Notes under the pieces: model-generated
Seen by the model: only the letters and a program-made list of their open reading frames with translations
The model's database searches: none
Told to the model about the DNA's origin: nothing
Made by a program: the position numbers and the translations under genes
Shown: piece by piece, positions 59,142 through 64,000 of the stretch
How positions within the stretch are numbered: the stretch's first letter is position 1
Layout: the number at the start of each line of letters is the position of its first letter
From: Gammaproteobacteria bacterium
GTDB taxonomy: Bacteria > Pseudomonadota > Gammaproteobacteria > Eutrophobiales > Eutrophobiaceae
Assembly: GCA_965221695.1 (NCBI GenBank)
Contig: OZ244905.1
Location: forward strand, 3,392,001-3,456,000
Reading direction: 5' to 3'
DNA: 64,000 nucleotides

Positions 59142-60077
59142 ATGACAAAAAAAGTCGGCATAGTCGGGTGTGGCGTCATCGGTCGGGGTTGGATCATTCT
59201 GTTTGCGCGCGCGGGTTACGATGTGCATGTATTTGATACCATGCCCGGCGCGGTGGAAGAGGCAATAAAGCGGGTGCGCAACTCGTTGATTGACCTTCAG
59301 GAACTGGATTATGTCAGTGATGTCGAGACGGCGCTCGCCAATATCCACCAGGCTGAAAGCCTGGAAGAAGCTGTTGCCGGAAGCTTTTATGTGCAGGAAA
59401 GTGTCACCGAAGACGCACGCATAAAAGAAAAGGTGTTCACGGAGATGGATGAATGCGCTTCCGCAGACGCGCTGCTCGCAAGCTCCTGCTCGGCCATCCC
59501 GCCGACGGTTTTTCTGCAACATATCAGGGGCAGGGAGCGCTGTATTATTGCGCATCCGTTCAGCCCACCACACCTGATACCTGTGGTAGAAGTGGTGACC
59601 ACACCATGGAATAGCGAGGAGGTCATTGAACAGGTGTGTCAACTGCAGGAACAAATCGGGCAGTCTCCCGTCGTGATCAGGAAAGAAACGCCCGGGTTTG
59701 TCGTCAACCGCTTGCAGGCGGCAGTGGTCAACGAGGCCATGCATCTTGTGGATGAGGGCATTATTTCGCCCCGCGACCTGGACAAGTGTATGAGTGACGG
59801 ACTCGGCCTGCGCTGGGCCTTCATGGGGCCTTTCCAGACCATGGAGTTGAATGCGCCAAAGGGGTTTCTCGACTATGCCACCAAGTTTGGCGCAGCGTAC
59901 CAGACCATGGGAGAGGCGTTGCAGGTAGCAAAGCCCTGGCGCCGGCAGACCTTGGAGAAAATAGAGGCCTGGCGGCGCTCGGAGACCACCATTGAGGCAA
60001 TACCCGGGCAACAGAACTGGCGTGATCGCATGTTGCTGAACCTGCGCAGGCTGGTACAGGAAGAGGGAAGTTCGTAA
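59142..60077 (+). CDS. 3-hydroxyacyl-CoA dehydrogenase family (L-carnitine / L-gulonate 3-dehydrogenase-like)
   Basis: 'GCGVIG', 'QESV.E', 'AHPF.PPHL', 'NRLQ', 'GLRWAFMGPF'. Confidence 0.88.
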   Translation: MTKKVGIVGCGVIGRGWIILFARAGYDVHVFDTMPGAVEEAIKRVRNSLIDLQELDYVSDVETALANIHQAESLEEAVAGSFYVQESVTEDARIKEKVFTEMDECASADALLASSCSAIPPTVFLQHIRGRERCIIAHPFSPPHLIPVVEVVTTPWNSEEVIEQVCQLQEQIGQSPVVIRKETPGFVVNRLQAAVVNEAMHLVDEGIISPRDLDKCMSDGLGLRWAFMGPFQTMELNAPKGFLDYATKFGAAYQTMGEALQVAKPWRRQTLEKIEAWRRSETTIEAIPGQQNWRDRMLLNLRRLVQEEGSS

Positions 60078-60110
60078 ATCACGGAACAAAGGAGTATTAT
60101 CGCCTATTGG

Positions 60111-60130
60111 ATTCCCGTCATTACGGGAAT
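60111..60130. repeat. ATTCCC-N8-GGGAAT palindrome (REP/dRS3-like)
   Basis: ATTCCCGT-CATT-ACGGGAAT; single copy in the window. Confidence 0.5.
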
Positions 60131-60160
60131 GTAAAGTACCAGGCAAAACAGGAGGATTAT

Positions 60161-60769
60161 GTGCTCGAATTAGTCAAATCAGGCGGGGTTCTCATATGGC
60201 CGTTGCTGCTGTGCTCGGTCATTTCGCTGGCCATTATCTGTGAGCGCTTCTGGTCGCTGCGAAAGCGACGCATTATCCCCCCGGACCTGGTTAAAACTGT
60301 ATGGGAGTGGAATAAGAACGGGATCCTGGATGGACGCCATATCCAAATCTTGAGGAGAGGCTCGGCGCTGGGGACAATCCTCGCCGCCGGTCTGACCAAC
60401 AGGAAACGAGACCGGGAAGAGATGAAGGAAAGCATAGAGGAGGTCGGGCGTCATGTAAGCCATGAATTAGAACGGTTCCTGAACACCTTGGGCACTATCG
60501 CTTCAATATCACCATTGCTGGGGTTGTTGGGCACAGTGATCGGAATGATCAAGGTCTTTGCCGTCATCACCACACAGGGAGTGGGTGACCCGGCCGTGTT
60601 GGCCGAAGGGATTTCCGAAGCGCTGATCACCACGGCCGTGGGCCTGACCGTAGCCATCCCGTCGTTGATGTTTTATCGCTATTTCCGCGGCCGGGTCGAT
60701 GAGTTGGTGGTGACCATGGAACAGGAAGCGTTGAAACTGGTCGAGGTCATTCACGAGCAAAGAGAGTGA
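60161..60769 (+). CDS. exbB: MotA/TolQ/ExbB proton channel protein
   Basis: GGAGG RBS with GTG at 60161; 'PLLGLLGTV.GMI', 'GISEALITTA'. Confidence 0.9.
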   Translation: MLELVKSGGVLIWPLLLCSVISLAIICERFWSLRKRRIIPPDLVKTVWEWNKNGILDGRHIQILRRGSALGTILAAGLTNRKRDREEMKESIEEVGRHVSHELERFLNTLGTIASISPLLGLLGTVIGMIKVFAVITTQGVGDPAVLAEGISEALITTAVGLTVAIPSLMFYRYFRGRVDELVVTMEQEALKLVEVIHEQRE

Positions 60770-61194
60770 ATTTTCGCACCCGTAACCATAGCGAAACAGA
60801 CATCAACATTACACCGTTGATCGATGTCGTGTTTCTGCTGTTGATTTTTTTCATGGTATCCACGACATTCGAGCGCGAATCGGAGATTAAGCTGGTCCTG
60901 CCTGAGGCTTCAGAAGAGCAGCTCGAGGCCCGAGAGGACATCATCCTGGTGAGCATTGATGCGAATGAACAGGTATATGTTGGCGATAAGCCTCTGGCGA
61001 ACTCTAAAATTTCTACGATCAGCACAGCGCTGAAGGAACAGGCGGCCAAACTAGCCGATGCCCCGGTCGTTATCCGCGCCGATGCCGGAGTGAGCCATCA
61101 GGCGGTGATTAAGGTAATGGATGCCGCCAGGCAATCAGGCTTGGTTAACATCACGTTTGCGACGCGGGTTCTCGACGAGGAAAGCGGTGACTAG
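60766..61194 (+). CDS. exbD: Biopolymer transport protein ExbD/TolR
   Basis: 'INITPLIDVVFLLLIFFM', 'IRAD'. Confidence 0.9.
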   Translation: MNFRTRNHSETDINITPLIDVVFLLLIFFMVSTTFERESEIKLVLPEASEEQLEAREDIILVSIDANEQVYVGDKPLANSKISTISTALKEQAAKLADAPVVIRADAGVSHQAVIKVMDAARQSGLVNITFATRVLDEESGD

Positions 61195-62215
61195 CCAATC
61201 GGCGATTGGGCAACCAGTACTAGTGTCGCTCCAGCTAAGCATCGAATCTCTCTGGTACGGGCATCGTCATCCGTTGGTTCCGTTGTTGGCGCCGTTGAGC
61301 GGGTTGTATCGGGCGGCGCTGGCTTGCCGCCGGTTTCTGTACGAGTCCGGCATTCTGCCTGTGACCCGACTGCCTGTGCCGATAATCGTGGTAGGCAACC
61401 TGACTGTTGGCGGAACCGGTAAAACCCCGCTGGTCATCTGGCTGGCCCGTTACCTGCGAACTTTGGGATATAAACCGGGCATCATCAGCAGGGGTTACGG
61501 CGGTGCCTCGCCAGCGCGCGCGCAGCGGGTTGAGCCGCAAAGCGATCCAGCCCAGGTGGGCGATGAGCCGGTCATGCTGGCGCAGCGGACCGGGCTCCCG
61601 GTTGTTGTGGCGCCGAACCGGGTAAAAGCCGCGCAAGCGCTTCTGCGGCAGGCGGATTGCGATATCCTGCTAAGCGACGACGGTCTGCAGCACACTTCCT
61701 TGGCCCGGGATGTTGAAATCGTGGTGGTGGACGGCGCGCGCCGTTTTGGCAATGGTCGTTGTTTGCCTGCCGGTCCGTTACGTGAGCCGTTGGCTCGCCT
61801 GAACACAGCGCACCTGATTGTTGGTCGTGAGCGCGCGAACCCAAGTGAATATCTCATGGAATATGCCAGCCTGCCGGCCACATCACTGGACGGTGGGCAG
61901 AAAAGGGAACTGGCGAGTTTCGCGGGGCAGACCGCGCACGCGGTCGCCGCTATCGGTAATCCCAAACAGTTCTTTTCTATGTTGCGACGGTATGGCATCG
62001 ATATTCGGGAACACGCGTTTCCCGATCACCATGTTTTCAGTCGCGCTGAGTTGGCATTTGGCGACGAAGGCCCGACGCTGATGACGGAAAAAGATGCGGT
62101 CAAGTGTCGACGCTTCGGGCTGGAGAATGCCTGGTATGTGCCGATAGACGCGCAACTGCCCGCAACATTTGAACGCAAACTCAGACTATTACTGGAGGAA
62201 GTGAGACATGGATAA
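61187..62215 (+). CDS. lpxK: Tetraacyldisaccharide 4'-kinase
   Basis: '[13 protein letters not shown]', 'SRGYG', 'DDGLQH', 'TEKDAVK'; exact start uncertain. Confidence 0.95.
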   Translation: MTSQSAIGQPVLVSLQLSIESLWYGHRHPLVPLLAPLSGLYRAALACRRFLYESGILPVTRLPVPIIVVGNLTVGGTGKTPLVIWLARYLRTLGYKPGIISRGYGGASPARAQRVEPQSDPAQVGDEPVMLAQRTGLPVVVAPNRVKAAQALLRQADCDILLSDDGLQHTSLARDVEIVVVDGARRFGNGRCLPAGPLREPLARLNTAHLIVGRERANPSEYLMEYASLPATSLDGGQKRELASFAGQTAHAVAAIGNPKQFFSMLRRYGIDIREHAFPDHHVFSRAELAFGDEGPTLMTEKDAVKCRRFGLENAWYVPIDAQLPATFERKLRLLLEEVRHG

Positions 62216-62399
62216 GAATTTACTGGAAATACTGGTGTGCCCGGTTACCAAGGGGCCCTTGATCTATGACAAATCGAAGCAGGAACTGATTTCTCTTTCG
62301 GCGCGGCTGGCCTATCCGATACGCGACGATATTCCTATCATGCTGGAAAGCGATGCCCGCGCCCTGAGCCTGGAAGAAGTGGAACATTACCGAAAATGA
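62208..62399 (+). CDS. ycaR: Trm112/YcaR family protein
   Basis: 'LLEILVCP', 'YPIRDDIP'; synteny lpxK-ycaR-kdsB. Confidence 0.92.
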   Translation: MDKNLLEILVCPVTKGPLIYDKSKQELISLSARLAYPIRDDIPIMLESDARALSLEEVEHYRK

Positions 62400-63124
62400 C
62401 ACAGGATTTCCTGGTGGTCATACCTGCCAGGTATGCCGCAAAGCGTCTGCCCGGCAAACCTTTGATTGAATTCGGCGGCAGAACGTTGCTGCAGCATGTT
62501 TACCAGTCTGCGCTGAACAGCAAGGCTATGGAAGTCATTATCGCCACAGATGATGAACGGATCGAAACCGCGGCGCGGGGGTTCGGCGCCAGGGTGGTAA
62601 TGACCTCCCCGGAGCGCCGTTCCGGTACCGACCGCATCGCCGAGGCCGTCACTCGCCTGCAGTTGCCCGCTTCCCGTATCATCGTCAATGTGCAGGGAGA
62701 TGAGCTTGGGTTGCAGCCGGCGCTGATCGACCAGGTTGCCGGCAATCTGTCCAGTCACTCGGACGCGTCCATGGCCAGCTTGTATGCGCCGCTCGGCTCA
62801 GAGCAGGAGTTGAACAACCCCAATTGTGTGAAAGTGGTGGTCGACGCCCAGGGCTACGCGCTGTTATTCAGCCGTGCGGCTTTGCCTTGGGGCGCGCCCG
62901 ATAAAGCTTGCCGGCATATCGGCATATATGCCTATACCTGCGAATTTCTGAAGACGTATACAGCGCTGCCGGTATGCGAACTGGAACAGGCCGAACGGCT
63001 GGAACAATTGCGGGCGCTGTATCATGGCCACCGGATCCATATGGAACAGGCAATGGCGGAACCGGGCCTGGAGATCAATACCCCAGAGGATGTGGAAACG
63101 GCTCTGGGGCTGTTTGCCGCGTAA
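62396..63124 (+). CDS. kdsB: 3-deoxy-manno-octulosonate cytidylyltransferase
   Basis: 'IPARY...RLPGKPL', 'SGTDR', 'NVQGDE', 'LEQLRAL'. Confidence 0.96.
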   Translation: MTQDFLVVIPARYAAKRLPGKPLIEFGGRTLLQHVYQSALNSKAMEVIIATDDERIETAARGFGARVVMTSPERRSGTDRIAEAVTRLQLPASRIIVNVQGDELGLQPALIDQVAGNLSSHSDASMASLYAPLGSEQELNNPNCVKVVVDAQGYALLFSRAALPWGAPDKACRHIGIYAYTCEFLKTYTALPVCELEQAERLEQLRALYHGHRIHMEQAMAEPGLEINTPEDVETALGLFAA

Positions 63125-63140
63125 AGAAACTCTGATTAAG
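63125..63140. repeat. Solo, degenerate MITE-family end directly after the kdsB stop codon
   Basis: GTAA|AGAAACTCTGATTAAG. Confidence 0.55.
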
Positions 63141-63269
63141 CCCGGGCTTGTTTAATATTGGCCCAATGCTGACAAGCGAATTGGGGAGATATTCGGGCTA
63201 AGCCAACTTGTGAGCAGTCCGTGCTTGAGCGCCTCGGACCTGCTCAGTCAGCCCATGATGTGCATCAAA

Positions 63270-63488
63270 CTATCGATTGCGGTAGGTGATCCTGCCTTTT
63301 GACAGGTCGTATGGGGTCATTTCAACGGTGACGCGATCACCGGTAAGGATGCGTATGTAGTTTTTGCGCATTTTTCCGGAAATATGGGCGGTTATGATGT
63401 GTCCACTATCCAGTTCGACCCTGAACATGGTGTTCGGAAGGGTTTCTGTTATTGTTCCTTCCATTTCAATCTGATCTTCTTTTGGCAT
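63270..63488 (-). CDS. infA: Translation initiation factor IF-1
   Basis: 72 aa, 'LPNTMFRV', 'HISGKMR', 'PYDLSKGRI'. Confidence 0.98.
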   Translation of the reverse strand: MPKEDQIEMEGTITETLPNTMFRVELDSGHIITAHISGKMRKNYIRILTGDRVTVEMTPYDLSKGRITYRNR

Positions 63489-63572
63489 GCTTTCTCACTG
63501 TTGTAAAAGATGAGATTATGGCGTAAAAATCTGTATTTTGCCAGAGCAGACTTGATCAGAATATACTGCGCT

Positions 63573-64000
63573 TCATGAGCAATAATGTTTCAGGATGTTG
63601 ATAAACCTGTTACGCGGCATAGATTCGGCGCCCAGGCTTTCCAGGTGGCTGGAATGTACCTGGCAATCTATGAGGCGGAAACGGCGCTTGTCCAGCATGT
63701 CTGCCAAGCGCGCCAGCGCGACCTTGGACGCATCGGTCTCGCGGCTGAACATGGACTCGCCGAAAAACACCCTGCCGATGACCAGGCCATAAAGTCCACC
63801 AGCCAGCGTCCCTTCATGCCAGCATTCGCACGAGATGGCATGCCCCAGGCGGTGCAGCCTGATATATGCCTCAGCCATCTCGGCTGTTATCCAGGTGCTG
63901 ACATCGTTACCGCGCGGCGCTGAGCAACCCTGCACCACTTGCGCAAATGCCTGGTTGAAAGAGACTTTGAATTTGTTTCGTTTCAGAGTCCGAGCCAGAC
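63573..64000 (-). CDS. aat: Leucyl/phenylalanyl-tRNA--protein transferase (5' end beyond the window)
   Basis: 'TWIT', 'GGLYG', 'FFGESMFS', 'DASK', 'IDCQ'; frame open to the window end. Confidence 0.93.
   Translation of the reverse strand, partial: LARTLKRNKFKVSFNQAFAQVVQGCSAPRGNDVSTWITAEMAEAYIRLHRLGHAISCECWHEGTLAGGLYGLVIGRVFFGESMFSRETDASKVALARLADMLDKRRFRLIDCQVHSSHLESLGAESMPRNRFINILKHYCS

Noticed and set aside
61187-61200. Absence of msbA between exbD and lpxK
   Set aside because: Direct exbD-lpxK adjacency is known from Pseudomonas, so it is not unusual by itself.
63141-63269. Structured ncRNA between kdsB and infA
   Set aside because: Several small hairpins are present (e.g. TGAGCAG...CTGCTCA), but they are adequately explained as terminators of convergent genes; no family signature is recognisable.

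Overview
A chromosomal window from a gammaproteobacterium (taxonomy inferred from gene order and protein style). Two conserved core blocks are present: nnr-tsaE-amiB-mutL-miaA-hfq, and lolC/E-lolC/E-lolD-comEC ... exbB-exbD-lpxK-ycaR-kdsB, followed by infA and aat. Three accessory catabolic regions are interleaved, each with a TonB-dependent receptor. (1) 1-9.7 kb: an AT-richer TetR-associated cluster (PrpD-like protein, DUF1989, amidinotransferase/deiminase, M20 carbamoylase) suggesting guanidino/ureido compound catabolism. (2) 13.5-23.7 kb: sulfatase, TBDR, KdgK, an NSS transporter, a short reductive-dehalogenase-like protein and ManD. (3) A ~23-kb island between comEC and exbB, with split and fused hydantoinase/oxoprolinase-type enzymes, BKACE, a MetE-like protein, CaiC/CaiD-like and other beta-oxidation enzymes. 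The most distinctive non-coding signal is a dispersed family of miniature inverted-repeat elements with IS5-like ends (GGAAMCTCTGAWYAAG). It comprises two ~150-bp copies built from five contiguous hairpins, four 27-29-bp single-hairpin copies and two solo ends. Four copies have matching 4-bp flanking repeats and several sit directly on stop codons. I saw no transposase, integrase, CRISPR array, rRNA or tRNA.
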